Below are positions 50,371 through 64,000 of a stretch of DNA of 64,000 nucleotides, piece by piece (the stretch's first letter is position 1; every line of letters begins with the position of its first letter). The translations under genes and the position numbers were made by a program. Source of the stretch: Eledone cirrhosa (Eukaryota); assembly GCA_964016885.1 (NCBI GenBank), contig OZ024743.1, positions 98,394,001 to 98,458,000 of the forward strand, read 5' to 3'. The notes beneath the pieces were generated by a model. The model saw only the letters and a list, made by a program, of their open reading frames with translations. It did no database searches and was not told the origin of the DNA.

Positions 50371-50624
50371 AATAAATATATATATATAAATAAATATATA
50401 TATAAATAAATATATATAAATAAATATATATATATAAATATATATAAATATATATATATAAATATATATAAATAAATATATATATATATATAAATATATA
50501 AATAAATATATATATATATAAATATATAAATAAATATATATATATATATATAAAATATAAATATATATATATATATATATAAATATATATATAAATATAT
50601 ATATATATAAATATATATATAAAT

Positions 50625-50655
<31 letters not shown>

Positions 50656-50997
50656 AATATATATATAAATATAAATATATATATAAATATATATATAAAT
50701 ATATATATATATAAATATATATATAAATATATATATAAATATATATATATAAATATATATATATAAATATATATATAAATATATATATATATATAAATAT
50801 ATATATAAATATATATATATATATAAATATATATAAATATATATATAAATATAAATATATATATAAATATATATATAAATATATATATTAAATATATATA
50901 TAAATATATATATAAATATATACATAAATATATATATAAATATATATATAAATATATATATAAATATATACATAAATATATATAAATATATACATAA

Positions 50998-51197
50998 NNN
51001 NNNNNNNNNNNNNNNNNNNNNNNNNNNNNNNNNNNNNNNNNNNNNNNNNNNNNNNNNNNNNNNNNNNNNNNNNNNNNNNNNNNNNNNNNNNNNNNNNNNN
51101 NNNNNNNNNNNNNNNNNNNNNNNNNNNNNNNNNNNNNNNNNNNNNNNNNNNNNNNNNNNNNNNNNNNNNNNNNNNNNNNNNNNNNNNNNNNNNNNNN
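50998..51197. other. Assembly gap (200 N) inside a TA tract (49952-51584)
   Basis: Run of N. Confidence 1.
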
Positions 51198-51388
51198 TAA
51201 ATATATATAAATAAATATATATATATATAAATAAATATATATATATATAAATAAATATATATAAATAAATATATATAAATATATATATATAAATAAATAT
51301 ATATATAAATAAATATATATATATAAAAATAAATATATATATATATATAAATAAATATATATATATATATAAATAAATATATAAATAA

Positions 51389-51431
<43 letters not shown>

Positions 51432-51438
51432 TATATAA

Positions 51439-51473
<35 letters not shown>

Positions 51474-51484
51474 TATATAAATAA

Positions 51485-51517
<33 letters not shown>

Positions 51518-51584
51518 TATATATATATATATATAAATATATATAAATAAATATATATATATATATATATAAATATATAAATAA

Positions 51585-52411
51585 ATCATCATCATCATCA
51601 TCATCATCAACGTTTAACGTCCGTGTTCCACGCTTGCATGGGTTTGGACGGGGGTAGTCCCACTTGAGGCAAGAGTGATTGTCTTGCTCGCATAGGACTG
51701 TCTGGCAGGTTTTCTACAGTTGGATGCCCTTCCTAACACCAACCACATTTACAGTGTGGGTCTGGGAGGTTTTTACCGTGTTGCCTACACGGCCACATTA
51801 CAGTGTGGACTGTGTATTTTTTTTGTCGTGACACCTACACGATCTCATTTGTTTCGGCCTGGATGGCGCTGCACCAACATAACTTTACATAGAACGGGGT
51901 GGTGTGGATGGGGTGGTGGGACGGGGTGTATTTTATTAGAGATGCCTACTGGCTGGAGTAGGTTTTACTATGTATTTAGGTAAGGCGTGTCTTCTCTGTT
52001 ACTGAGTACCGCCAAAGGTCTCGGTCCAGTGACATTGTCTTGGAGAGGTGTAAGTGTGTGATGTCGGAGTTTATCAGCTCGTCCCAGGTTTTTCTAGGTC
52101 TGCCTATTCCGTGGCTACCGTCTATCTTTATTGCCCTGCACTTTGTTATACAGCTATCGACTTTCATGCGCATCACGTGTCCATACCAACGTAGCCTTCT
52201 CTCGAGTAAACATCTGATCCCTCTTATTTCTAATTTTTTCCTTAGTTCGTTTATGCTTTGCCGTTCACGTATATTACTGTTACACATCCAGCGGAGCATG
52301 CAAGCTTCGTTCCTCTCTAGTCTGCGAATATCCTCTGCACACAATGCCTAGGTCTCACTGCCATGCAACATTGCTGTTCGTATGCAGGCATCATACAACC
52401 TGCCTTTCATT
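51585..52411 (-). mobile_element. RTE family A 3' fragment
   Basis: ORF 51976-52344, 3' UTR and tail. Confidence 0.94.
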
Positions 52412-52420
52412 TATATATAA

Positions 52421-52531
<111 letters not shown>

Positions 52532-52844
52532 AATAAATATATATATATATATAAATAAATATATATATATATATAAATAAATATATATATATATATAAAT
52601 AAATATATATATATATATAAATAAATATATATATATATATAAATAAATATATATATATATATAAATAAATATATATATATAAATAAATATGTATATATAT
52701 ATATAAATAAATATGTATATATATATATAAATAAATATATATATATAAATAAATAAATATATATAAATAAATAAATATATATATATAAATAAATATATAT
52801 ATATATATAAATAAATATATATATATATAAATAAATATATATAT

Positions 52845-55800
52845 ATCATCATCATCATCAACGTTTAACGTCCGTGTTCCACGCTTGCATGGGTTTGGAC
52901 GGGGGTAGTCCCACTTGAGGCAAGAGTGATTGTCTTGCTCGCATAGGACTGTCTGGCAGGTTTTCTACAGTTGGATGCCCTTCCTAACACCAACCACATT
53001 TACAGTGTGGGTCTGGGAGGTTTTTACCGTGTTGCCTACACGGCCACATTACAGCGTGGACTGTGTGTTTTTTTGTCGTGACACCTACACGATCTCATTT
53101 GTTTCGGCCTCGATGGCGCGGCACCAACATAACTTTACATAGAACGGGGTGGTGTGGATCGGGTGGGGGTGGTGGTGGTGGGACGGGGTGTATTTTGTTA
53201 GAGATGCCTACTGGCTGGAGTAGGTTTTACTATATATTTAGGTAAGGCGGGTCTTCTCTGTTACTGAGTACCGCCAAAGGTCTCGGTCCAGTGACATTGT
53301 CTTGGAGAGGTGTAAGTGTGTGATGTCGGAGTTTATCAGCTCGTCCCAGGTTTTTCTAGGTCTGCCTATTCCGTGACTACCGTCTATCTTTATTGCCCTG
53401 CACTTTGTTATACAGCTATCGACTTTCATGCGCATCACGTGTCCATACCAACGTAGCCTTCTCTCGAGTAAACAACATCTGATCCCTCTTATCTCTAATT
53501 TATTCCTTAGTTCGTTTATGCTTTGCCGTTCACGTATATTACTGTTACACATCCAGCGGAGCATGCAAGCTTCGTTCCTCTCTAGTCTGCGTATATCCTC
53601 TGCACACAATGCCCAGGTCTCACTGCCATGCAGCATTGCTGTTCGTATGCAGGCATCGTACAACCTGCCTTTCATTTTTAGTGAGAACCCTTTAGCAGCT
53701 AATAGTGGTATAAGCTCTCTGAACTTTTTCCAACCAGTTCTGACTCTAGCTACAGTACTTTCAGAGCACCCTCCCCCACTGCTGATTTTATCGCCCAGGT
53801 AACGGAAGCTGTCCACTATTTCTATAGAACCCTCTGCGCAATTGAAAGAGCTAGTAGTTTGTGGGCACTTGCTGCTACTTATTGCACCAGAGCACCGGCC
53901 ACATGTAAAATCTATGTTCTTAGTTAGCTTACCTGTGATCCCACTACATCTTTTATGCACCCATACTTTGCATTTAGGACATAAAATGGAGTTTCTACCT
54001 ACGCCTTTCCTACACACCGAGCACGACCATTTCCCCGAAGGGACCGCCGCCTTGTTTTCTTTCCTACAAACTAGTACTTTGGTCTTAGCCAGGTTAATTT
54101 TAAGTCCTTTTGACTCTAGGCCGTGCTTCCATGTTTGGAATTTCTTCTCTAGCTCGGCCATTGATTCCGCTATGAGTGTCAGGTCGTCTGCGTATAGGAG
54201 TTCCCATGGGCAGCCTGTCTTGAACTCCTCTGTTATAGCCTGAAGGGCAATAATAAATAGTAGTGGACTGAGAACAGAGCCCTGATGGACGCCGACTTTT
54301 ACGCTAAACTCTTCACTATATTCGTTGTTAATTCTAACCTTGCTGACTGTTTCTTTATACATGGCTTGTATAGCCCTCACAAGCCATTCGTCAACGCCTA
54401 GTTTTCTAAGAGCCCACCAGATAATGGAGCGGGGGACTCTGTCGAAGGCTTTCTCCAAGTCGACAAAAGCTAAGTAGAGGGGTTTACCTTTAGCTAGGTA
54501 CTTCTCCTGTAGTTGTCGTACTATGAAAAGAGCGTCTGTGGTACTTTTGCCTGACACAAACCCGAACTGCATTTCATCTAGGTCAATTCTCTCTCTGATT
54601 AGTTGCGCTATTACTCTTTCCGTGACCTTCATGATCTGGTCGATTAATTTAATGCCTCTATAGTTACTCCTATCTAGGGCGTCTCCTTTACCCTTATAAC
54701 AGTTAACGATGATGCTGCTATGCCAGTCCTTCGGAACAACCCCGTTCTGTACGACTTGGTTAACTATGCGGGTGACCATGGTGTGTCCCACCGTGCCAGA
54801 TGCCTTCAGCATCTCAGCAACTATTTCCGAAGGCCCAGCCGCCTTACCAGTCTTCATATCCTTGATTGCCTTACTTATTATACTCCCCTCGACTAACACT
54901 GCTGGTCCCTCTACTGGGTCGATATGGGGGAGACTGCCTTTCTCCCAATTATTCTCCTCATTTAGAAGCCTTTCATAGTGACACTTCCAAGCTACCTTCT
55001 TATCAGCGTCGGTGATGGCAAGTGTGCCATCGTCGTTTAGTACACACTTCTCCCCGACAATATCACGGTTTTCCTTGACGCATTGCCTAGCAATCCTGAA
55101 CACCTCACGTTTTTGGTCATCGCGTTGTAGAACATGCTTGAACTTTCTTTCCTCAGCTTCCCTTCTTGCTAAGTACACTTGTCTCCTAGCTTCCCTCCTG
55201 GCCACTTGATAGTCCTCTCTACTTCCCCCATCCCGCCATACTTTCCAAGCCTGCTTTTTGGCCTTAATTGACCCCTCCACCTTACTGTTCCACCACCATG
55301 TTACTCTCCTCCTGCCTACAGGCCTGCTCCAGCCACAGACCTCGTCTGTCGCCAACAGCAGGTTTGCTTTCAGAAATTCCCACTCTCCCTCTATATTGTC
55401 CGACTCTAAATGTTCTTCCTTACTGTCGAAAGCATCAAGTAATATGCTTTGAAATTTATTCCTGGCTGTGGGGTCCTTTAGCTTCCATATTTTCCTCCTG
55501 AGGATAGTCCTCTTCTGTTGTCGAGTACGTCTCGTCCTGACTATGAGGTCGCTAATTATCAGTCTATGTTGGGAGGTGCATTCTTCATGGGGGAGGGATT
55601 TAGTGTTAACAACAGACACTCTGTCACGTCTGCTGGTAAGGATATAATCTACCTGGCTTGTGTGTTCCCCGGATCTATAGGTGATCAGGTGATTGTCACG
55701 TTTTTTGAAGTTAGTGTTACAGATAGTTAGGTTATTTGCATCACAGAATTCCAGGATTCTGGAGCCTTCCTCATTTCTAGTACCAAACCCATAGCCTCCA

Positions 55801-56362
55801 TGGATTTCGTCGTAGCCGTCACAATGTTGTCCAACGTGACCATTTAGGTCGCCTGCGATAATTATATAGTCACTGTCGGATATTTGGGAGGTAGTTAGCA
55901 TCAGTGTCTCATAGAATCTGTCTTTTATAGTGCCGGGCAGTCCGGATTGGGGTGCGTACGCAGATATTACTGTCACCGTAGTTCTATTGAGGACAAGTCG
56001 TATTTTAATTATTCTGTCGTTCACTCTATTTACGTCTATTATCTTATCTGCCCACTTTTCTGCTACCATGATTCCTACTCCACCCAGCCCATCGTCGTTT
56101 CCCACCCAGAAAAGCTTATAACAACGTTTTTTACCCTCAATGAACCTAGCAGACCCACCCCTCCACCTGGTCTCTTGAATACAACAAGCATCGACCTCCT
56201 TACGTTCAAGCATTTCTACAACCTCGTTAGCGCGACCCTTTAGGGTGCCTACATTTATGGTACCAACTCTGAAGTTTTGGATTGCGTTTGGGGGTTGGGG
56301 GCGGTGAGGGGCGGGGGGCGATGGGGTTATGTTAGCCGTCCGCGGTCGAAACAATGAGGAGT
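52845..56362 (-). mobile_element. RTE family A, slightly 5'-truncated, ORF uninterrupted
   Basis: Tail at 52845; truncated just downstream of the MPKIK start; TA tracts on both sides. Confidence 0.95.
53238..56354 (-). CDS. RTE APE-RT(+PHD-type) ORF lacking its native start
   Basis: 1038 codons open, highly similar to 20926-24168. Confidence 0.9.
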   Translation of the reverse strand: MFRPRTANITPSPPAPHRPQPPNAIQNFRVGTINVGTLKGRANEVVEMLERKEVDACCIQETRWRGGSARFIEGKKRCYKLFWVGNDDGLGGVGIMVAEKWADKIIDVNRVNDRIIKIRLVLNRTTVTVISAYAPQSGLPGTIKDRFYETLMLTTSQISDSDYIIIAGDLNGHVGQHCDGYDEIHGGYGFGTRNEEGSRILEFCDANNLTICNTNFKKRDNHLITYRSGEHTSQVDYILTSRRDRVSVVNTKSLPHEECTSQHRLIISDLIVRTRRTRQQKRTILRRKIWKLKDPTARNKFQSILLDAFDSKEEHLESDNIEGEWEFLKANLLLATDEVCGWSRPVGRRRVTWWWNSKVEGSIKAKKQAWKVWRDGGSREDYQVARREARRQVYLARREAEERKFKHVLQRDDQKREVFRIARQCVKENRDIVGEKCVLNDDGTLAITDADKKVAWKCHYERLLNEENNWEKGSLPHIDPVEGPAVLVEGSIISKAIKDMKTGKAAGPSEIVAEMLKASGTVGHTMVTRIVNQVVQNGVVPKDWHSSIIVNCYKGKGDALDRSNYRGIKLIDQIMKVTERVIAQLIRERIDLDEMQFGFVSGKSTTDALFIVRQLQEKYLAKGKPLYLAFVDLEKAFDRVPRSIIWWALRKLGVDEWLVRAIQAMYKETVSKVRINNEYSEEFSVKVGVHQGSVLSPLLFIIALQAITEEFKTGCPWELLYADDLTLIAESMAELEKKFQTWKHGLESKGLKINLAKTKVLVCRKENKAAVPSGKWSCSVCRKGVGRNSILCPKCKVWVHKRCSGITGKLTKNIDFTCGRCSGAISSSKCPQTTSSFNCAEGSIEIVDSFRYLGDKISSGGGCSESTVARVRTGWKKFRELIPLLAAKGFSLKMKGRLYDACIRTAMLHGSETWALCAEDIRRLERNEACMLRWMCNSNIRERQSINELRNKLEIRGIRCCLLERRLRWYGHVMRMKVDSCITKCRAIKIDGSHGIGRPRKTWDELINSDITHLHLSKTMSLDRDLWRYSVTEKTRLT

Positions 56363-57429
56363 ATATATATAAATAAATATATATATATATATAAATAAAT
56401 ATATATATATAAATAAATATATATATATATAAATAAATATATATATATAAATAAATATATATATATAAATAAATATATATATATATAAATAAATATATAT
56501 ATATATAAATAAATATATATATATATAAATAAATATATATATATAAATGAATATATATATATATAAATGAATATATATATATATAAATGAATATATATAT
56601 ATATATAAATATATATAAATAAATATATATAAATAAATATATATATCTATAAATATATATAAATAAATATAAATAAATAAATATATATATATAAATAAAT
56701 ATATATATATATAAATAAATATATATATAAATAAATATATATATAAATAAATATATATATATATAAATAAATATATATATATATAAATAAATATATATAT
56801 ATATAAATAAATATATAAATAAATATATAAATAAATATATATATATATAAATAAATATATATATATATAAATAAATATATATATAAATAAATATATATAT
56901 ATATAAATAAATATATATATATATAAATAAATATATATATAAATAAATATATATATAAATAAATATATATATATATAAATAAATATATATATATAAATAA
57001 ATATATATAAATAAATATATATATATATATATAAATAAATATATATATAAATAAATATATATATAAATAATATATATATATAAATAAATATATATATATA
57101 AATAAATATATATATATATATATATAAATAAATATATAAATAAATATATATATATATATATAAATAAATATATATATATATATATATAAATAAATATATA
57201 TATATATATATATAAATAAATATATATATATATATATATAAATAAATATATATAAATATATATATATAAATATATATAAATAAATATATATATATATAAA
57301 TAAATATATATAAATATATATATATATAAATAAATATATATATATATAAATAAATATATATATATAAAAATAAATATATATATATATATAAATAAATATA
57401 TATATATATATAAATAAATATATAAATAA

Positions 57430-57462
<33 letters not shown>

Positions 57463-57517
57463 AATATATATAAATAAATATATATATATATATATATATA
57501 TAAATATATATAAATAA

Positions 57518-57550
<33 letters not shown>

Positions 57551-57569
57551 TATATATATATATATATAA

Positions 57570-57600
<31 letters not shown>

Positions 57601-57623
57601 AATATATATAAATATATAAATAA
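56363..57623. repeat. (TA)n/(TAAA) tract
   Basis: Directly visible. Confidence 0.97.
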
Positions 57624-58834
57624 ATCATCATCATCATCATCATCATCAACGTTTAACGTCCGTGTTCCACGCTTGCATGGGTTTGGACGGGGGTAGTCCC
57701 ACTTGAGGCAAGAGTGATTGTCTTGCTCGCATAGGACTGTCTGGCAGGTTTTCTACAGTTGGATGCCCTTCCTAACACCAACCACATTTACAGTGTGGGT
57801 CTGGGAGGTTTTTACCGTGTTGCCTACACGGCCACATTACAGCGTGGACTGTGTGTTTTTTTGTCGTGACACCTACACGATCTCATTTGTTTCGGCCTCG
57901 ATGGCACGGCACCAACATAACTTTACATAGAACGGGGTGGTGTGGATGGGGTGGGGGTGGTGGTGGTGGGACGGGGTGTATTTTGTTAGCGATGCCTTCT
58001 GGCTGGAGTAGGTTTTACTATATATTTAGGTAAGGCGGGTCTTCTCTGTTACTGAGTACCGCCAAAGGTCTCGGTCCAGTGACATTGTCTTGGAGAGGTG
58101 TAAGTGTGTGATGTCGGAGTTTATCAGCTCGTCCCAGGTTTTTCTAGGTCTGCCTATTCCGTGACTACCGTCTATCTTTATTGCCCTGCACTTTGTTATA
58201 CAGCTGTCGACTTTCATGCGCATCACGTGTCCATACCAACGTAGCCTTCTCTCGAGTAAACAACATCTGATCCCTCTTATCTCTAATTTTTTCCTTAGTT
58301 CGTTTATGCTTTGCCGTTCACGTATATTACTGTTACACATCCAGCGGAGCATGCAAGCTTCGTTCCTCTCTAGTCTGCGTATATCCTCTGCACACAATGC
58401 CCAGGTCTCACTGCCATGCAGCATTGTTGTTCGTATGCAGGCATCGTACAACCTGCCTTTCATTTTTAGTGAGAACCCTTTAGCAGCTAATAGTGGTATA
58501 AGCTCTCTGAACTTTTTCCAACCAGTTCTGACTCTAGCTACAGTACTTTCAGAGCACCCTCCCCCACTGCTGATTTTATCATCCAGGTAACGGAAGCTGT
58601 CCACTATTTCTATAGAACCCTCTGCGCAATTGAAAGAGCTAGTATTTTGTGGGCACTTGCTGCTACTTATTGCACCAGAGCACTGGCCACATGTAAAATC
58701 TATGTTCTTAGTTAGCTTACCTGTGATCCCACTACATCTTTTATGCACCCATACTTTGCATTTAGGACATAAAATGGAGTTTCTACCTACGCCTTTCCTA
58801 CACACCGAGCACGACCATTTCCCAGAAGGGACCG
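57624..58834 (-). mobile_element. RTE family A 3' fragment starting at the PHD-like insert
   Basis: [17 protein letters not shown], 3' UTR, tail; its 5' end is fused directly to PLE 3' UTR sequence. Confidence 0.94.
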
Positions 58835-61260
58835 AGTCATAAAGGTGATTCCCTAAGAAGATGTGGTGGGATGCTTGGTAAAATCCTTGATTGTGGTCGA
58901 TTCCGGGATCAAGGTTCACATACGTGTAATCCGTGAAGAGATTGGTCGGAAGAGGGGAGATGTGGGGTGCGCGCGCAACAGGAAGTGGTCAAGGCAGGAG
59001 GAGTGTGGTGTGTCTGTGGTCAGAGGGCATAGCAGCAGTAGGGTAAAATGGTGAGTGTGTGTTGTGTGTCTGTGTGTGCGGGGAGGTGGTCAGAGAGCAT
59101 AGCAGCAGTAGGGTAGAATGGTAAGGGGGAGAGGATGGGTAGGTGTGAAAGTTGGAGTGAGGAGGGGGGGGTGTATTAGTAGAGGTGTTAGTGGGATGAG
59201 TGAGTGTTTGAGAAAGGGTGTGGGTGGAGCAGGGAGAGAAGGGTGTGGGGGTCAATGGAGGGAGTGTGGTGTACTGGTGTGTGTGTTTGGTGAAGGGGGT
59301 GTTAGTGGGTGTTAGTATACAGGAGGTGGAGAAAGGGTTGAATGCGGGTGTGAGTGGGGGTCAGTGGTGGTAGGGTGTGTAGAGTGGGTGGTGTAAGAGG
59401 GTGTGTGTGTGTGTGTGTGTACGTGTGCGTAGGGTTGGGGGGTGTTAGTGATGTTAGTTGCGTGTAGGGTGGGTGGTGTAAGTGGGTGTTTGTGTTCGTG
59501 TGCTTGGGGTCAGGGGGTGTTAGTGATGTTAGTTGCGGGGTGGTGGGGTGGATGTGTGGGGGTGAGGGTTAGTGGTGGTAGTAGGGTGTGTGTTTAGTGT
59601 GAGCGCGTGTATATATGTGCCGGTGGGTGTGTGCGTGGGGGAGAAGAAGGGAGGGATGTTAGTATGTTAGTTGGGGAAGGGTGGTCGGATGGAGTGGGGG
59701 TGTTAGTATTGTTAGTTGTGGGGTGGGCGGTGAAAAGGAGGGGTGTGTTAGTGGTGTTAGTGGAGGATATTTGTGGGTGGAGGGGGGGGGGCGGTCGAAA
59801 GCTAAAGGAATAAGGGTGGGGAGTTCAGGCCGGGGGGAGGGTGGGTCTGTAAGATGAAGATGGCTCGTTGTTCAACTCTTAGGAGATTGGCGGGTGTTCC
59901 GTGGCATTGGAGTAGGCCACAGACTGAGATGGCGTGCGGAATGTCCAGGGGCACCAAAGTGGCGGGCGATGGGGGAACTACCACCGAGACGAATATCCCG
60001 GAGGTGCTCAGTAAATCTGTCCGCCAGGCGACGTCCAGTCTTTCCGACGTAAGTTGCGCTGCACGGAGTGCAGCGAAGTCCATAGACTAGGTTGGAGGAG
60101 GTGCAGCGGAAGGCATGCCGGACAGAGAAAGAGTGGCCATTGGGACCCTGGAAGGTGGTGGTGTTGGTGATGTGGGGACAGGTGTTGCAGCGGGGCCTAG
60201 AACAGGGAAAGGAACCGGGGGGGAGCGTGGGTTGGGGGGTAGGGAGCTGTGGACGAGGAGGGTGTGTAGATTGCGTGCGCGTTTGAAGGAGGGGAATGGT
60301 AGGGCTGGGAAGATGTGGGAGGTGGAGGGGTCGGACTGGAGGCGTCGGAAGAGGCGGAGGATGGTGCGGTGGAGGGGTATGGTGGAGGGGTGGTAGGTGA
60401 TGGGGAAGGGGAGATGGTGGGTGTGCGGTGGCGTGGGATGAGGGTGGTGGAGCGGTGTGGACGAGAGAAGGGGGGTAACCTCTGCAGATGAAATGGCTGA
60501 CTAGGGAAAGGGCCTGGGACTCAAAGTCGGCATCTCGGCTACAGAGGCGGCGGATCCTGAGGAGTTGGGAGTAGGGAATAGAGCGTTTAGTGTGTGTGGG
60601 GTGGGAAGAGGTGAAGTCGAGGTAAGAGTGTGGGAGTCGGTCGGTTTGAAGAAGGCGGAGGTGACGAGGGAGTGGTGGGAGGGTCGAAGGCGACGGAGAT
60701 GTCTAAGAAGTGGACGTGGGTGGTGGAGATAGAGGTGGTGAAGTGGAGGGAGGGGTGGAAGGAGCAGAAGAAGGAGAGAAAGGAGTCGAGCTGTTCTCGG
60801 GTGATGGTCATGGCTCCGATACAGTCGTCGATGTAACGACCGTACATTTCGGGCGTGGGGCCGGTGTACTGGGCAAAGATTTGGGCCTCAACATGGCCAA
60901 CAAAAAGGTTGGCATAGTTTGGGCCCATTCTTGTACCCATGGCTACCTCCGTGACCTGTTGGTAAAACTCACCCGAGGAGAAACAATTGAGGGTGAGGAC
61001 CAGCTCGGCGAGGGAGGGTGGGGGTGGAGGGAATGGGGGAGGGGCGAAGGTCGAGGTAGTGTTTGAGGGCGCGTAGGCCGTCGGCGTGGGGGATGACGGT
61101 ATAGAGGGACTTGATGTCTAGGGTGAAGAGGATGGGCTGTGGGCAGGTGAAGGAGTCGAAAAGGCGCAGGGCATGGTTGGTGTCGGAGATGTGGGAGGGG
61201 AGGGTGGTGACAAGGGGGGCGAGGGTGGAGTCGAGAAAGGCGGAGATGAGTTCGGTGGAT
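58835..61260 (-). mobile_element. Frameshifted GC-rich Penelope-like element (Neptune-like)
   Basis: TELISAFLD, LFTLDIKSLYTVIPH, MGTRMGPNYANLF, RYIDD, FLDISV, C..PRCNTC linker, NLVY..C..C..TYVGKTGRRLADRFTEH, PPGLN; long CA-rich 3' UTR. Confidence 0.9.
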
Positions 61261-61266
61261 AAATAA

Positions 61267-61315
<49 letters not shown>

Positions 61316-61493
61316 AGGGTGTTAAAGTTTGCCTGAAGCATTGTGAAATATGTAAAATATGTAGTTTAGAAAGCCACAACAATGCAGATGGGAAATCTCG
61401 AGGTAGGAAGTGAGTAAGAAATAGGAGAAAAGTGAAAAATGAGAGAAACGAAAACAAAACACAGGTAGAAGGATTACCGTAATGGAGATTTAA

Positions 61494-61531
61494 TCCCAAT
61501 ATTTCGGGCTCACGCCCATCAACGGGGGGAA
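61494..61531 (-). ncRNA. Decayed minimal hammerhead motif
   Basis: Minus: ccc CCGTTGA t gggc-gtga-gccc GAAA ta TT ggga; two core substitutions. Confidence 0.4.
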
Positions 61532-61989
61532 AGTTCCAAAAGGGGGGGAACAGGCTAAGCCGGAGAAAGTTGTTGTATTGTCGTTAAAACATAGGAATGC
61601 CGTTATGGGGAAAATTCAAACGAGGGAAAGAATGCGCGTGCGCGTGATAGGCTGTGGCAAAAGCTACTGACCAATTGGGTTAGATCAATAGGGTGCGCTA
61701 GCGCGTGAAAGCCGTAAAATATGTGTGTGTAAATATATATGTGTGTGTGTAACTGTGTGTATGTATGTGAGTGTGTGTGTGTGAAAGATTGTGGGCCGTA
61801 GAAGCTGGAATTCAAAGGGTGTGAAAGGTGGTAGGTTGTATAAACATGTGTGCGTGTATAAATATAGATGTGTGTGTGTATGTGTATGGGTATACATATA
61901 AGTGCGTGTGTGTGAAAGATAGTAAGCCGTATGTGTATGGGTATACATATAAGTGCGTGTGTGTGAAAGATAGTAAGCCGTCACTATGG

Positions 61990-63423
61990 TTAGATTAGCC
62001 ATGTCAGTTCATTTCTCTCAGCCCGGTTGTTAAGTGGGGGTCTGAGGTTCTTAATAACAAGTGCTTGCTTTATCCTTAAGGATCCGATGCTGCGTTCAGT
62101 CGCTAGGACTGTGACCAAGGGTCTGCCCTGTGGGTTTCCGCATTTAAGGATGTGTTTACGGAAGGAAGATGTGTTGGTGTTGACATGTTCCTTGATACGA
62201 ACATGTAGGGGTCGGATGGTGCTACCTATGTAAAACTTGTTACATTTATCGCATTGCATCTTATATACGACATAGGTGCGTAGGCAATCTGCCCCCCGTA
62301 TCGGGCAGTTGCTGAGGCAACACGTCCCATCTGACTCGTCGGGTTTGGTGGAGAGGCATCTTCGGAGCGAAGGTCCTGTGTGGGCCAAATGTATGTCAAG
62401 TCCCTCCCTCCGTATGGCCCTGCGGATGGCGTTCGTGGTATATTCACTCAGGTGAGGGATTTTAAAGAAGCACTTGTATTTATCTAAGTTTCTAGTGGGT
62501 GTCTGTCTATTGGGTCTGGGGTCTCTAATTCCGTTAATCAGTCGCTTGGGATATCCATTAGACTTGAGTAGATTACGGAATTGCGTGGTATGGGTGAGAC
62601 CACCCATCGGGTCGCTGCATCTATTAGTGATCCGTGTAAGTTCATTTAGGACATAGCCTCTCTTAGCGTTGTTGGGGAGGGCTGAGTTGTAATGCACAAA
62701 TAAGTCCTTGCACGCTGCCTTGCGGTAGAAGGTGGTGTTTATGTCTCCTTCTTCTGAGATGTTGATACGGAAGTCGAGGAGGGCGAGTGACCCGTCTTCA
62801 TCAGGGTGTTCGATGGTGAAATCGACGTGATGGTCAGTGTCGTTAAAGATTTGGTGAATTTCATTCGCCATCTCCCGGGAAGAAGTGAGTATCAGTATGT
62901 CATCAACGTATCTGGAGTAGAAGGCGACGGCGTTGGGTTGGCAGGTGTTGAGTGCCTTGCGTTCCAGGTGGTCCATATACGAGATCGCAAGTATGCCGGA
63001 CAGACTAGAGCCCATAGGTAGCCCAGAGATCTGTTTGTATGTGTGGCCGAGGAAATTAAAGAATGCATTATCCACAATGAAGGAGAGGAGTTGGTGGATG
63101 TCCGTGTGTGTGAGTCCGAAGCAGTGTAAGTTAGATGCTCGGACTCGTTCGGTTAACAGGTCGACGGCTGGTGATGCTGGCACGGAGGTATAAAGGGCGA
63201 CCACATCAAGACTGAAGGCATATCCGTTGTCCTTTCTGGTGTTGGGCGCCAAATGGTGTAGTCGCTCCAAGACCTCCTTTGAGCTGCAGACGTGGGTTGG
63301 TAGTGCGTGTAGAATGGGTTTCAGTAGTGTGGAGAGCAGCCACGATATTTTGTAAAGTGGGCCCTCCACGCTAGAGACAATGGGCCTGATTTTCAAATCG
63401 GGTCCTTGTTTATGGGTTTTCAC
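61990..63423 (-). pseudogene. PLE RT-GIY-YIG reading frame (477 aa), disconnected from its N-terminal frame (63420-63668)
   Basis: See the element entry at 61313-64000. Confidence 0.85.
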
Positions 63424-64000
63424 CAGGTGGGTAGTTTGCTGTTTCTAGTCGTTATGTTATTTTTTACCTTCTTTGGCAGTTGTCGTTGAACACAGATGTT
63501 AGTCCATATGGTGTTAATGTCTTCCTCGATTAGAGTCGAGGAGGTCCCTGTGACTTTCGAGTAGAGGCTGTCGTCATTAAAATGTTGGAGAGCTAAGTTG
63601 TTGTAGGTCTCTCTCGAGATGACACAGAATTCTTTCCCCTTGTCAGAGGGAAGGTAAACAAGGTTCATGGATCTTAGGTTGGTGAGAGTGTTAAATTGTG
63701 CATTGGTGAGGTTGCGTTTATTGTGTGTGTGTGTGTTGGGAAAGGATGTTAGAGATAGAATGTTTCAACCTGAGTAGTTTAGTGTCAAGTTCGTGGTTGG
63801 TGGGTGGAGTGGGTTGTCGAGGTGGTATGTGGGGAGTGTGGGGTGGGTTGTGGGGTTGTAATCGATCTCGGTGTTGTTTTGGATGGCGGTTAGCCATTTC
63901 AATTGATATGCTGTCCGACAGAAGTTGGTTTTGATGTCGAGTTTCAGTCTATCATCGAGACGCTGTGTAATGATGAACTTGGGTCCGAGGCGCAGGAGTT

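Larger units (their letters stand above)
61313..64000 (-). mobile_element. Penelope-like element running off the window end; one frameshifting deletion near 63423
   Basis: PSDKG, KTHK..IRPIVS, FSLDVVALYTSV, GLPMGS, RYVDD, LLD, VVYKMQCDKC..FYIGST; 3' UTR 61989-61313 ends in (TA)n. Confidence 0.93.

Noticed and set aside
63420-63425. TGA/GTG overlap between two PLE frames as recoding
   Set aside because: The expected P-x-F-Y-x-L-x-K-x-H-K motif is shortened, which fits a small frameshifting deletion.

Overview
Animal genomic DNA, most likely an octopus or related coleoid cephalopod (inferred from degenerate Octopus-type tRNA-SINEs and (ATG)n-tailed RTE LINEs). The only host gene is a Rab20-like small GTPase on the minus strand, with three spliceable exons (14235-14179, 13037-12925, 2790-2430). 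I found no P-loop exon, so about 14.2-64 kb probably lies in one very large intron. That interval is a nested retroelement pile-up separated by about 14 kb of composite (TA)n/(TAAA) tracts and one 200-N gap. It contains at least 3 related RTE LINE families, with two copies carrying long open APE-RT ORFs and all families carrying a C4HC3 PHD-type finger inserted in the RT. One RTE copy has 204-bp tandem monomers at its 5' end. There is also a bipartite non-autonomous RTE and at least 4 lineages of Penelope-like elements (PLEs, RT plus C-terminal GIY-YIG). The PLE 3' ends carry minimal type I hammerhead motifs, none with a fully canonical core. Three PLEs have inverted 5' ends, one forming a near-perfect 2.1-kb inverted repeat. 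All calls are by eye; no database or folding runs were possible.
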